A stretch of DNA of 64,000 bases from Felis catus (lineage: Eukaryota), in assembly GCF_018350175.1 (NCBI RefSeq), contig NC_058386.1, positions 113,770,001-113,834,000 of the forward strand, written 5' to 3'. Below the pieces are notes generated by a model that saw only the letters and a list, made by a program, of their open reading frames with translations, did not search any database and had not been told where the DNA came from. A program made the position numbers and the translations under genes. Positions 24,334 to 37,468 of this stretch are shown in pieces. Numbering within the stretch: the first letter of the stretch is position 1; every line of letters starts with the position of its first letter.

Positions 24334-24548
24334 GCCAGAGTTTCTCAACATCGGCACTTTTGTCATTTGTGGCTGGAAAATTCTCTGTGTTGAGAGGCTG
24401 TTCTGTGCACCAAAGGATGTTGAGCAGCATCCCTGGCCTCTACCCACTACATGCCGGTAGCATCCCCCCACCCCCGGCCAAGTGGTGACAACCAAAAAGA
24501 TCTTCAGATACTGCCAAACATCCCTCCCTAGCGGGATGAAGGCCAAAT
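24334..24548 (-). mobile_element. MER20 hAT DNA transposon
   Basis: cagagtttctcaacatcggcact...agcagcatccctggcctctacccacta...gacaaccaaaaa. Confidence 0.85.
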
Positions 24549-24559
24549 CAACCTTAGCT

Positions 24560-25010
24560 GCGAACCGCCAGACACGATGATGGGTAAAGCGCCTCTGGTT
24601 TACGAACCTCTTTGTAAAGAGTGAGCGCCAATCCCGGAAGTCCCTTTGTGACCCTTGGAGACCTTCAGCATCCTGCAAGGGCTCGGCACCACCGGAGCAG
24701 AGGGTGCCGTCAGAGGTCCCGCACACCTGCACGGATGCCCACGTTCGATCCCTGCTGCGATGCCAAGCGCGCGCGTGCGTATGAGCAGGACCGTGCTCCA
24801 GCTTTGTGCCACTGCACCGCCCTGCCATGTACCCCGCTGAAGTCCCAGCCGAACTGAAGCGCCTGTCACGCTCACCCAGAAGGCTTGTGAAGACACAGCC
24901 GGGGGGGGGGGGGGGCCCTCCCTCAGAGTTTCTGATGGAGGCGGTCTGGGCCGGAGCGTGAGTATCCACCCCCTAACCCGTTCCTACGTGCTGTTGACGC
25001 TGCTGGGCGA
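24560..25010. promoter_or_regulatory. CpG-dense patch (possible orphan CpG island / regulatory element)
   Basis: Roughly 25 CpG in 24560-24870 by eye, including gcgcgcgcgtgcgt; no recognisable ORF. Confidence 0.35.
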
Positions 25011-25576
25011 GGATCACACGTGGAGACTGACAGCCCCAGCTGCTTGGTTGGGCCTCTCCCGGCCATCTCTGCCTGTCTCCATTGTCCCGGGCCCAGTGCA
25101 AACGCCATCTAAGCCAGTGGTTCTCGGCTGTGGTTGGCCATTAGCGTGACCTGGGAAACTTTCAAAGACTGAGAAACCCATGGTGCCACACCAGGTTGAT
25201 TAAGCCAGAATCTCCAGGCTGGGGCTGGAGCACTGGTAGGTCCCCGAGCTCCTCAGCTGGTCCAACTGCACCGTTAGGGTTGGGAATGACTATTTTAAGC
25301 CTTTCCACACTACGCTCAGTGAAAAGTCCTCTCCACCACCCCCCCCCCCCCGGAAGGAGGTCTCTGGCCCCTGATCGTCTTACTCTTGCCATTTCCTTCC
25401 ACATCTCAGCCCAGCGTTGCCACATACCTCTGTGCGGGTGGGCTATGTGCTGTGTAAAACTACACAACTACACAGCATCCCCACACAGCAGCTCCACTCC
25501 GGCCTGAGCAACCACGGTGCTTTGTCCGTTGCTCTACCATAGCATGAATCCACCCCTGCCCTGTGTCCTCATTCTT

Positions 25577-25819
25577 NNNNNNNNNNNNNNNNNNNNNNNN
25601 NNNNNNNNNNNNNNNNNNNNNNNNNNNNNNNNNNNNNNNNNNNNNNNNNNNNNNNNNNNNNNNNNNNNNNNNNNNNNNNNNNNNNNNNNNNNNNNNNNNN
25701 NNNNNNNNNNNNNNNNTGTCAGCACAGAGCCTGATGCGGGATTCAATCCCATGAACCCTGAGATCATGACCTGAGCTGAAATCAAGAGTCAGATGCTCAA
25801 CCGGGCCACCCAGGCGCCC
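25577..25819 (-). mobile_element. Can-SINE, tail hidden by N-gap
   Basis: tgtcagcacagagcctgatgcggg...ccacccaggcgccc. Confidence 0.9.
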
Positions 25820-26236
25820 TCATTATTTTTCAATGTGACTACCTCACTAGTCAGTTTTGCTGAATCCAGTCAAACTAAGCTCTATCCTTATTAGCACCCC
25901 TAAGGTCACTGTCTTGGGCTGGTGAGAACATGTGTATTTGGCCTGAATCCAGTCCTTGATGCTCATCTTGCACCCTGGTCCCTCCTCATCAGCTTCTCTC
26001 CTATAGGTTCCTCATCCTCAGGGGCCACACAGCTATTTCAAACTTTACACATGCTACACTCTCAACCACAGTGCAGGCTAAGAACAAAATAGTCACAGAA
26101 CGAAATGGTGCCCAGAATTCATCGGGAGCTTTGTTGCTGATTGGCTAAATATGTTGGTCCTTCTTTCATGACATCGCACAGTTAAGGGACTTGGGCTACA
26201 CTTCCCAGAAATTGCTTCCTTGCACCCCGTAATTCA

Positions 26237-26400
26237 GGGGTTCTCCACCCTAGCTGCGGAATTAGAATCACCTGGGTAGCTTTTAGAACATTCTCGCCCC
26301 CAGAGATTCTCATTCTATTGGTGTCAGAGTGGGGTACGGGTCTTGGTGGGCCTTGAAACGCTTCTCAGGTGTTTCTCAGGTGCAGCTCGGGTGGCAAAGC
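26237..26400. mobile_element. MER5A-like hAT element
   Basis: caggggttctccacc...ttagaatcacctggg...cccagagattctcattc. Confidence 0.75.
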
Positions 26401-26732
26401 AACGTGTCTGATTGAGGGAACGAGAGAAAAATTAAAGGCACAAGTGCAACCACGATTAACTGCAAAGATGCTTTCCTGAGCAAAGAAGGAAGGGCTGTAA
26501 AGAAACTAGGACTTTCAAGTGCTAGACCCCTTAAGTAAGTAAGGAATACAAATGGGTCTCTCAAGGAGAAGGTTCCAAAAGCCTCAGGGAGTGCAAGAGG
26601 GTGTATTGGCAAAGGCCTTACAATCCATCTGTCCCGTTTTCAAACCCTGACTCTGAGACCGTTAAGTGGTCTCCACAGCGTGACCGTGGGCAAGCCGTGT
26701 ATCCTCTTTGTTCACCCACAAAATGGGATGAT

Positions 26733-26898
26733 AGCTGTTCTTAAAGGAGGGCCCTGACCCCACAGCACAGATATCGCATGGGAGCTTGTTAGCAATGCAG
26801 GCTCTTAGCCTCGCCGAGTTCAGACCAACAGAATCAGAATCTGTCTTTTCAGAAAATTCTGAGGTGACTGCTGCGCACCTTAAAGTTGGGACGCACCT
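26733..26898. mobile_element. MER5A-like hAT element
   Basis: gggagcttgttagcaatgcaggctc...cagaatcagaatctg. Confidence 0.75.
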
Positions 26899-26959
26899 AG
26901 AACAGTGACTGGGACTGAGTACGGGTGCGTTCCCTTCTCTCCTGAGGCCAAACAACTAT

Positions 26960-27220
26960 CTGGGTGGCACATAAATGTGCATTTGTGGGAACCCCGCCAC
27001 GGGATAGAAGAAAGACTTCTGGACTTGAGACCCCTGCCACCCCTACCTACCATGACCTCGGGCACATCAATTTCCCAGCTTTTACAGATGACCTAACCGA
27101 ATCACGGTGTTCGACTCCTAGCGGGGCTGTTTTAAGAATTAAGAGATGATGTGGGTGGAAGCATCTGGCACAACACCTAGCCCTGGAGAGGTGTTCCATA
27201 CGCGTGAAGTACACTCCCTC
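26960..27220 (+). mobile_element. MIR SINE
   Basis: catgacctcgggcacatc...ctgttttaagaattaagagatgatgtg. Confidence 0.6.
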
Positions 27221-27751
27221 AGTGTTACCTGAGGCTGAATCCAAGTTAATGTGACAGAGCCTTTCCCAAGAACGTGTTCACCACAAGTCTTGTGGGCCTC
27301 CACAAGGCTTCACACAACCTTCATTTTGGTTTTCGAACCAAAGTAGGGGGAACGGCCGGCAGGAGAAAAAAAGATGGCTGTGCCACCCACCGAGTAGTAA
27401 ATTGACTGACAAATGGTATTTCTGTCAGAATGACACCTGGAATTTCTTGAAGATGTTTCATCGCGACCGGCTCCATCGAAAACTTTTATTTGGCCTCACT
27501 CGCTTTGCTTTTAAGGCAGAGTGCTTTTGGCCATAGTGCCTTCGAGACTGAAATTCTAGGCAGCCTTTAAAGATGGCTGCAAGATGGACTCCAGGCACAG
27601 CTTTGGCATCAAATTCTGCGTCTCCCTCCGTGCATAAATAGGGCGCCAGTGACATCATTCAATCAGTGGCCTTTTTTTTCCAGACACAATAAGCTAAGGG
27701 GAGGGTTCCCATATAACCCACTGCCTGATTTATGTTTGTTCAGCCAGCCTT

Positions 27752-27752
<1 letters not shown>

Positions 27753-27797
<45 letters not shown>
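27753..27797. repeat. (GT)n microsatellite
   Basis: Direct reading. Confidence 0.98.
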
Positions 27798-27801
<4 letters not shown>

Positions 27802-29608
27802 TGTCTGAGGCTAGAGACACGCCTTTGCTTTTAATAAAAGTTAGTATAGGCACTCCGGTTAGGCTCACAAAATGATGTCATAGCTATTATAGCAACAGCC
27901 TGAAACCTCAGCCTTTGATCTTAAGACCTTTCTTGGGCAACATCATGGGCTAAATTGCTACAGAAATCCTATTTTCTCCCGTCAATCTCTTCCGTTCTTC
28001 GAGCACTAAATCTCAGAGGACTGAGGCTTCTTCACCAATACACCAGAGAGCACACTCCAGCACTACGCCCACGTCCCCCTAGCAAATGTGGTCGTCGACA
28101 CCATACTTGTTCACATGGCATGCTAAGAGAGTCCCGCACGACTCACTGTCACTATTTCCCTCATATTCCTATTTCACGGTTTGAAGGCTCCTCTCTCATC
28201 TAAATCTCCTGGCTGTTCCAGGTCTCCCGGGATGTCTTTAGAGCTCAGGAAAACCCACCTTATGGGCTCTGTGACAGCCTGGGATTCCTTGGTCCTAGTG
28301 ACAGTAACTGGAAAGCAATATCGTAATGCTGCTTGGAAATGATGATGGGAAGAGTGATGAACGCCACCAGACTCCCCTCTCTACTCTCCATATGTCCCCC
28401 CCAAAAGGCATCTATAGAAAACTTATTGTACTTTATTAGTCAGGAAACACTGCCTTTATTTTCAAGCAAATAGAGTTCCTTTATTTCCCCTTTCTGCTAG
28501 GGTTCTGTGATCACATGTGCCTCTATCACCTACTGGTGCGCCTTCCACCAAGGTGACACGGAAGAAAGTTCACTCAAGTCCATCGGCAGTCCGTCATGAC
28601 TGACCCTCTGGCAGGAACCTTAAAGCAAATACCAACGTGTGGGTATTTGGTATCAAAACCATTTCTCGGAAACAATAAAAAATGTGTAGGTCATCGTGGC
28701 TTGTGCACCTGGCACTCCACTTAACACGGCTGTGCCAGGGACTTGAGAAGTAGTAAAAGGAGAAAGAAGGCGCCAGGAAAAGAGGGAGAAGGCTCTTCTA
28801 ATTAACTGATCAAGATGTGAGTCCTGGCAGGTCTTGTCTGATTTAAGATACGCGCCGGCTAAATCCTTCTCTCCCTAGTTAGCCACAAACCGTACGCAAG
28901 CTCATCAAAAGGCAGTTAGTCCACTTCAGCTGCAACATCATGTTCATCAACTTGCAAGCTCAAATGGGCCTCAACAACCTCCAGGAAAGGCAGCTCTCGC
29001 CTATATGCTCTGGAAGAATTCTTACCCCTCAGGGAGTGAAAAGAGGCACATTTTTAGCTAATGGAAAGCCTTCCCAACAAAATTCCCAACTACAATAGCC
29101 AAAATCCAGAAAATAGCTCTGAAAAAGAAACATTCCAATTCATCAAGCGCTTTGCTTTGCACTCAACGCCTGCCACGGTTCCTAACTCCCCATTCAGTGA
29201 GCAGGGCTGGTGTTTCTTCTTCCAGCCCTGCAGGAATTACAGATGGGAGACTAGATTGTGCCAGGTTAGAACCCACTCTAAATTTGTTTGAGAAGAATTT
29301 CGAAGCACATGGTATTTGAGTTTGTTTACTCTTGGCAACATTTCTGTTTAAGAAAGAGGCATTGCAATTATTTTAAAAGCCTCGAGCCATCAAATGTCCT
29401 TAAAATAGCACTTAATGATTTAGGTGTAAATGAATCATAAACACTTAGATTAAACTTCCTCCTCATTCCCTACAAACCCAGCTGGTTAAGTAAGGTTTTA
29501 ACAAAAGAGCACTCAGCGTGCTCTGTCCTTTTAAAGGTAAGGTCTTCGGAGGTGGGCTCCAAGCTGGGTCCAGTGCTCACATTTAAAGCATTAGGAGCGC
29601 CCACGTTG

Positions 29609-29825
29609 TATATATATTTTTCAGTCTGTTTATTCATTTTGAGAGACACAGAGACAGCGTGAGTGGGGGAGGGGCAGAGAGAGAGGGAGACAGAGAATCC
29701 CAAGCAGACTCCGTGCTGTCAGTACGGAGTCCCATGAAGGGGCTCGAACTCACGGACCGTGAGATCATGACCAGAGCCGAAACCAAGGATCGGGTGCTTA
29801 ACCGAATGAGCCACCCAGGCGCCCC
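29609..29825 (-). mobile_element. Can-SINE
   Basis: Full body ending ...gagccacccaggcgcccc. Confidence 0.95.
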
Positions 29826-30075
29826 TATACTTTTGAAAGGAGTAAAATAGAGTGCCCGGTGTGGGCCATGCACTTTCACATTATCATTTCCAATATCCAC
29901 AACAAGGACAATATCGTTATTGTGCCCACTCGGCACAGAGGCAACTCAATGTCAGGACGTTAAGGAACCTGGTCAGAATAACCCAGCTATCAAGATTCAG
30001 AGTGGGACTCAATCTCAGGCCTCTACAGTCTATACTGTTACTCACAATGCCGTACCTGACAATCATTTGTATAAC

Positions 30076-30637
30076 TGTGGTAGGCGGAATAATGGCCCCT
30101 CAGAGATGTTCCCATCCAAATCCCTGGGATCTGTGAACATGTTACCTTAAGGCAGTAGATGTAATTAAGGTTGCTAATCAGTTGACCTCTGCATGGAGAG
30201 GATTAGCCTAGATTATCCAGATGGTTCCAGTGTAATCATACGAGCTCTTAAGATCCAAAGAGGGAGGCAGACGAGTGGGTGACAGAAATGAAAAAGAGAA
30301 AGAGGCAGGACAGATTAAAAGTATGAGAGGACCCAACCTACTGTTGCTGGCTTCTAAGACTGAGGCAGGAGGTCCTGAGCTAAGGAGTACACGTAGTCTG
30401 GAGACGCTGGGAATGGCCCTCACTTGCCAGCCAGTAAGGAAACAGGGAGCTCCATGCTACCAGGAATGGAATTCTGCTAACAGCCCAAACGAACAAGGGG
30501 ACAGATCCTCCTCTAGAGCCTCCAGATGTGTGTCTGGCTTCTGACCTACATACAGCACTCCAAGGTAAAAAACTTACATGGCTTAAGTCGCGAAGTCTGT
30601 TGACAGTTTGCTACGGCAGAAATAGAAAACTAATACA
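30076..30637 (+). mobile_element. MLT1D-like MaLR solo LTR
   Basis: Starts tgtggtaggcggaataatggcccc and ends gcagaaatagaaaactaataca (TG...CA termini). Confidence 0.85.
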
Positions 30638-30926
30638 ATATCCAAAGTTCAATGCTGAAAACCGAACTCGGGTTTATAGCTCATAAGCCTTCTACAGTTA
30701 TTTTAATAACAACAACTAAATATTTCATGTGGAATTGATGTATCTTAATCTTTAGCCTGAGAAGAAAACATGCACACGAAGATGCTTCCTTTGGCCTTTC
30801 TATTTTCCGTTCCCTCCACCATATTAACTTGCAATGTTCTTCCAACAAATATGTAATGGAACCTACTGTATGCCAGCCACTCACTAGTCAATGCATACGG
30901 TGCACAGCAGCTGGGGGGCAAATGTA

Positions 30927-31049
30927 GGAGGGCCTGGGTGGTTCAGTCGGTAAAGCATCCGACTCTTGATTTTGGCTCAGATCATGATCTCACGGTTGTG
31001 AGACTGAACCCCGCGTCGGGGTCCATGTTGGGTGGGGAGCCTGCTTGGG

Positions 31050-31100
<51 letters not shown>

Positions 31101-31146
31101 ACTCTCTGTCCCCTCCCCCCTCAAAACAAAAATAAACACTTAAAAA
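30927..31146 (+). mobile_element. Can-SINE
   Basis: Head, (CT)n linker, A-rich tail. Confidence 0.92.
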
Positions 31147-31745
31147 TGCAGACAAGAACCCCTTGCCCTCCTGGAGTTTACACATCTGGGGTGGAGGGCA
31201 TACAGGAAACACGTCGGTAAGATGAGTCCTCCAAGGGTCTCTGAGTCACTCGTGGGAAGACAGCTACTCTGACTTTGCCATGTCAGCTTTCTGTCACTGT
31301 AGCATAACCTAGCCTAGTCAAAATAATACAGACAGCCTCACTGAGAATGTGAGCCATGGAGATATCTAGGAGAAGAGCGTTCCCAGGAGAGGGATCAAAA
31401 ATGCAAGGACCCTGAGGTAGGAGTAGGAATTGGTGTTTTTGCAGAAAACGCAGGAGGCCAGTGTGGCCGGGATTGAGAGAGTGAGGGGGAGAGTGATGGG
31501 AGGTGAGGGCAGAAAAGAAATGAGAAGCCTGCTCATATAGGCCACAGTAACAACTGTGGCTTTAATTCTGCGTGGCTGGGAGCCATGGCATGGTTTCGGG
31601 CAGAAGAGTGATGTGATCTGGCTTAGGTGCTTAAAGGCTCCCTCTTGCTGCTACGATGGAACAGATTTCAGGGGAGAGGAAGCAGAGAGACCGGTTGGGA
31701 GATTACTGCTACAATACAGGCAAGATGATAATAGCACTTAGTAGT
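31147..31745 (-). mobile_element. L2 fragment (with a small MLT piece at ~31260-31330)
   Basis: Purine-rich reverse L2 sequence, e.g. gcagaagagtgatgtgatctggcttagg. Confidence 0.65.
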
Positions 31746-31812
31746 GTAGGTAGAAAGGATTCTGGGTACATATTCTAGGAACACAGACTCTTATGAATAG
31801 AGGTTCTATCTA

Positions 31813-32324
31813 GAATGGATAAAGAAGCGGTGTGTATGTGGAGATGTAGACATGTAATGGAATATTAACACAACCACAAAGGAGAATGAGATCTTGTAAC
31901 TTACAACAACACGGATGGACCTAGAGGGTATAATGCGAAGTGAAATAAGTCAGAGAGGGACAAATATCCTATGATTTCACTTATGTGTGGAAGCTAAGAA
32001 ACAAAACACATGCACAAACAAAAACCAGACTCTTCGATACCGAAAACAAACTGGTCATTGCCAGAAAGGAGGTGGCTGGGGGGTGGGCAAAAAGGTGAAG
32101 GGGATTAAGAGGTACAAACGTCCAGTTATAAAAGAAGCCAGGGACATGAAAAGTACAGCATAGGGAATACATTCAATAATATTCTAATAACATTGTATGG
32201 TGACAAAGGGTGAGGGCACTCATCACAGCGAGCACGACACTTATCACAGAATTGTTGAATTCCTTTGTTGTACACCTGAAACTAAGATAACATGGTATGT
32301 CAACTATACTTAAGAAAAAAAAAA
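31813..32324 (+). mobile_element. 5'-truncated L1 (L1MA-type 3' end) with TSD gttctatcta
   Basis: L1 3'UTR ending gtcaactatacttaagaaaaaaaaaa; TSD at 31803-31812 and 32325-32334. Confidence 0.9.
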
Positions 32325-33017
32325 GTTCTATCTAACAGTATGCAACATCTAACAACACTATTTCAAACAGATACCTTTTGACGGTAATTCCATGGTCTAT
32401 ACAGTTCCCAGAGGGAAAATACTCGCTGTAGATTAGCTAATTCTCCTCTTTATAGACATTGGAGAGACATCACCTCACCGTTACCTCTCCCCTGCAGTAT
32501 CTCATTGGACTACACACATCTGTACAGAATATGATCAAGTAAGTACCCAGCAAACATTAACATTGCAGAAGAGTATTAACGGCGGTGATGATGGAGATGA
32601 TGGGGATGGATGGGCAGAGATGGCCATGGAGATGACGATGGGCAATTTGCAAAACAACATTCTTGAGAAATCAATTCTCCTGACCCTTTACACCATTCCT
32701 GTTTCTCTTCTACAAACCTATTTTCCCTCTGTCGTTTTGTCAAAGATTCCACCAAGTAAATCTAACACTTCAAGTGCTACTGGAGGAAATGAATGGTGAG
32801 AAAACAACTGTAGAACTCAGGTGCCTGGACTCTTGGCCCAGCCTTGGAACCTACCCCTTGCTATATAAGTCACACCACCTGTGTGAGCCCAGATTTCCTC
32901 AAATGGAATGGACCAGATGATCTCTAAAGTCTTTTCACTGTTTCAGTTCAGGGTGGAGGTGGGAGGTTCTTCCCTCTCCTTGATGGTTTCTTCAATATGA
33001 ATCTCACCAGTATAACA

Positions 33018-33063
33018 CTGTTGGCTTCTCTCTGCCCCATCTGTTGGCTTCTCTCTGCCCCAT
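33018..33063. repeat. Perfect 23-bp tandem duplication
   Basis: ctgttggcttctctctgccccat x2. Confidence 0.98.
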
Positions 33064-33744
33064 CATTCACTGTTTCCTGGATGGGGTACTGATGAGTTTT
33101 TAAAAGACAAACTAACAGCCCTAGCCTAGCACCTTCCTTTTTCCTTTCTCCCTGGGAACCAGCTCATCACAGAAAGCATGCATTATGCTCTGCCTTAAGT
33201 TTTGCAGGTGGAGGTCTGTGTCAGGTGAAGGACTGAAGAATAAGATGGGCGTCTGCTCTGATCCAGAGCTGTCTGTGGCTGAGTAGATACATCTAATTAT
33301 GGGGTTCCCCATTAGAATGTCCACCTCTTCAGAGACAAAAACCTCACCTCCCAGTGTTAGCCTTATTTAGAATAAAGGTGATATTTTGTTGTCCACACAC
33401 CTTTCTCTTTTGACTGGTTTCTTAATTTGTTCACAACTTGGACAGAGAGAGAAAGAGTATTCCCACTCCCCGCCCCATAAAATGCCATCAATATTTGTGA
33501 ATGGTCAGAATCATGGCTTCTAGAGTATTGGTCAAGTCTTAAACCCTCTGTTGGCCAATCTAGCTCACGATGGTTACCACTGTTTTTCATGGCCAGGATC
33601 AGTACCAGGGGACCTGTACTCCCAGGCCAGGAAAACCAGGAGGGAGGAATGAGGAAAAGAAGAGGCAGCAAGGAAGGGAGACATGAACGCTGACTTGCTC
33701 CTCCACAGATGGAAGGAGCTGGCTGCCATGTTAATTTCAAAACC

Positions 33745-34040
33745 TTCTGCTAACAGACCCATAAATACAGAGAAGAAACTGATGATGGTGGGGGGATGGG
33801 CAAAATGAGTGAAGTGGGGGTGGGTGGGAGGTGCAGACTTCCAGCTATGGAATGAATAAGTCACAGGGATGAAAGATACAGCATAGGGAATATGGTCGAT
33901 GGCATTGTCATAGTGCTGTATGGGGACAATGGGAGTACACTTGTGGGGAGCACAACATAACATAGAGACTTGTTTAATCACTACTTTGTACACCTAAAAC
34001 CAATGAAACACTGTGTGTCAACTATACTTCAATAAAAAAG
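33745..34040 (+). mobile_element. L1 (carnivore-type) 3' end
   Basis: ...gtacacctaaaaccaatgaaacactgtgtgtcaactatacttcaataaaaaa. Confidence 0.88.
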
Positions 34041-34063
34041 AATACCTATGAAAAAGACTTAAA

Positions 34064-34272
34064 GGGGCACCTGGGTGGCTCAGTCGGTTAAGTGCCTGAT
34101 TCTTGATTTTGGCTCAGGTCACAATCTCACGGTTCTTGAGATTGAGCCCCACATCGGGCTCTGTGCTGACAGCGTGGAGCTGTCTTCTCTCTCTCCCTCT
34201 CTTTCTGCCCCTCCCTCACTCATGCTCTCTTTCACTCAACATAAATACATAAACTTAAAAAAGAAAAAGATG
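34064..34272 (+). mobile_element. Can-SINE
   Basis: ggggcacctgggtggctcagtcggttaag head, A-tail. Confidence 0.94.
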
Positions 34273-35483
34273 TAAAAAGTAAAAACCTGCTGTTGCCATG
34301 GAAATCCCTAGCTATTGATGATGTTCTCATAGTCCCACAGGAGCCTCAGTTGAAAGTCCCGTTTCAAAGGAGCAAGAAAGGGACAAAAAGGGATAATGCA
34401 GGTCATACATGGGGACAGAAACACCAGTGCAAGGGGGAAACGCCAACTGTGAATTTATTCTTCTTGGGCTGCACTGGAGCAAACTGTCCACACTAGGAGG
34501 CAGCCCAAGCTTCCCAAATCTGACTTCCGTTTCTTTTCTGATAACCTCTGCCACTTAATCCCCTCTGACATGCCTCTAATATTTGCATTAATTAGGCTCA
34601 TACCAAGAACTGTAGTCACTTGAGAATTGCCTATCGATACCACCAAAAAATTGAAACATGCCGATCTTCATAAGCTTGAAAAATGTCAGCTGGGGGAGTG
34701 GAACCATTTCCCATAAAGGTGGCCCTCCGCCTTCTCCTTAATGTAGAGTGAAGTAGAATTCAAGATTGCACACAACAAAGCCAGGACAAAATGTCCCACA
34801 TAAAAGCTCTCCCAATTGCTGAATGGTGAAAGACATACCTTTAGCGTTCCTATGAAATGCAGAAGACTCACAACCAGCAACATTAAAGAGCTGTCTACAG
34901 AGCAGTTCTTTCCTCTCTTGTCTCCCAAGGTCTCTGTGTAACATTTGATTAACCGACAACTTGCAAAGATGAGCTTAATGCATGTGAGATGTCCTCAGAG
35001 GCTTTGAGACGTCACCCTTGAGTCAGTCTCTGGTTGGCAAGGAGATCCTTAGGTCAAGCCATGGAAACCTGGACAACATTTGGGCTGAGAGCAGGGTGGA
35101 TCACACTCAGATTTAGGAAGTGGGATTGATAGTGGGCTGACCCACATGCTATTCTTGGTTGCCAACATTTCCCAGTGGGCTATTTCTTTACACTTTCCTC
35201 TGTTCTCTAGGACAGTTTGGGAGTCCCGAACCAGTTTCTGGTGGGCAAAAAGGGAACGCGGTTCTCTTTTTGATATCCATATTGAGGGTGAAGACACACA
35301 AATGAAAATACTGTCACCAGACTTGTAGAGTGCCCCAGCAATGGCTGTGGGGAACAGACTGAGAGAAGCCCCTCAGCCTCAACTCAGGTTCCTGGGAAAA
35401 TATGTAACTGGATGAATACTATTGCCATGATAATTGGATTAGTCTCACTGGTCAGAGTAAAGGGCATGCAATCACTGAAGAAT

Positions 35484-36019
35484 ACTATTATGGTTCATTT
35501 ATGTGTCAACTGGATTGGGCCATAGGATGCTCAGATACTGGGTCAGATATTATTGTGAGTATTTCTGTAAGGATGTTTTTGAAATGAGATGAACATCTGA
35601 ATGGGTTGAATGAGTAAAGCAGATTGCTCTCCCTCATGTGGGTGGGCCTCACCCAATCAGTTGATGGACTGAATAGACTAAAAAGGCTGACTTTCCCATA
35701 GGAATGGGGGACTCCTGCCTGTTGGCCTTTGAAGTGAATCATAAGTTTTATTCCTTCCTCTAACCGCAAACTGAAACATGGGCTCTTCCTCAGTCTCAAG
35801 TCTGCTGGCCTTTGGACTAGTGCTACACCACCAGTTTTCCTGGTTCTTGGGCCTTAAGACACAGATTGGAGCTAATCCATTAGCTCTCCTGGGTATCCAG
35901 CTTCCTGACTCACTCTGCAGATCTTGGGTCTTGCCAGCCTCCATCACTGTGTGAACTAATTCCTTATAATTAACAAATAAATCCTATTGTTGGTTTCTCT
36001 AGAGATCCCTGACTAATGC
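35484..36019 (+). mobile_element. MLT2 (ERVL) solo LTR
   Basis: tatggttcatttatgtgtcaactggattggg...ccctgactaatgca. Confidence 0.85.
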
Positions 36020-36099
36020 AAACACACACCACGGGGAATCTGGGAAACATAAGAGTACCATTAGCCCATTTCTTCAACCAAACTTCGGCTTACCTACAT

Positions 36100-36625
36100 T
36101 GGTTTTTCATCGTAAGAATCATCTTTCTTCTCCCCATTTGTTACCAACGCTATGTGAGAATCTGAATGAGTTCCACCCTGGTATAATTCCCTCCCTTAAA
36201 ATGTGAGTGAAATCTGTGACGTCCTTCCAGCCAATAGAAGACGGCAAAGTTGAAAACGATTTTAGGATCAGTTGATTTTAAGTTAATCAAAAGAGATGAA
36301 TCTGGGTGGGCCTGACTAAATCAAGTGAAAGCATTAAAAGAGAGGATTCATCCGCTGGCCTGGAAAAACTAGGCCATGTGAGAAGGCTTCGGAGGCGGCC
36401 ATGTGGCAAGGAACTCTGGGCAGTCTCTAGGATCGGAGAATGGTTCCCAGATGACAGCCAGCAAGAAAATGGGGACTTCAATCCTACAGTCACAAACAAG
36501 TGAATTCTGCCAACAATCACCTGAGTTTAGAAGAGGTGCTGACTTCCAGAAAGAAATATAGTCCAACCAACACCTTGATTATGGCCTTGTGAGATCCTGA
36601 ACAGAGAAGCCAGCTAGGACATGGC
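36100..36625 (+). mobile_element. MLT1E/F-like MaLR LTR
   Basis: ggccatgtggcaaggaact...gacagccagcaagaaaatggggac...ccttgtgagatcctgaacagag. Confidence 0.75.
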
Positions 36626-37249
36626 CTCTGCACATTTATCGGCAGGGACTTTATCAGCGACGAATTTGCTGTATTTTCAGGTTCTGCTTGTTAAGACCGA
36701 AGAAACAGGCTCTGGTGATGGACCAGAATAATGAGGATGGATCTCTGTGTGTTCCATAAAGATTACCATGATTAAGAAAAACTATCATCTGAATATTTAG
36801 CATTAGTCACCTCAGAAAGGTTACAACAAAAGAAAAATTTCTATATAGGAGTAGACTACAGTATCAGTAATATTTCTTCCATTTGAAGTAAAGTCATTCT
36901 AAATATGAGATATGAAAGCCTCTTTTTTATGAGAAAATTTCTATTCTTAGAAGAAACTCCTTTGTGGTTAGCTTTATTTCTTCTTTCAGAGAAAAAGATT
37001 GTTCGAAAACACTGTCACTTCCCTTTAAATAATACAGGCACTTTTGAATAACTTTATTTTGAATTAGAAAAGGTTTTCTTTCTTTATATCTTTTATTGTG
37101 TTAAAATACACAGACATAAAAATTTGCCATGTCTACCATTTTTAAGTGTACAATTCAGGGCATTAATTACGTTCACCATGCTGTGCTACCATCACCACTA
37201 TCCCTTTCAAAAAAATTTTCATCACCACAAGTAGAAACTCTATAACTCC

Positions 37250-37468
37250 TTTTTTAATGTTGATTTATTTTTGGGAGAGAGAGACAGAGACAGAGACAGT
37301 GCAAGTGGGGGGGGGGGCAGAGAGAGAGGGAGACACAGGATCCGAAGCAGGCTCCGGGCTTTGAGCAGTCAGCACACAGCCTAACACAGGGCTTGAACTC
37401 AACGAACTGTGAGATCATGACCTTAGCCAAAGTCAGACGCTTAACTGATTGAGCCACCCAGGTGCCCC
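37250..37468 (-). mobile_element. Can-SINE nested in L1
   Basis: TSD aactct(a/g)taactc. Confidence 0.95.

Noticed and set aside
24310-24969. 219-aa minus ORF
   Set aside because: The C-terminal third is MER20; GC-rich DNA gives long ORFs by chance; no recognisable domain.
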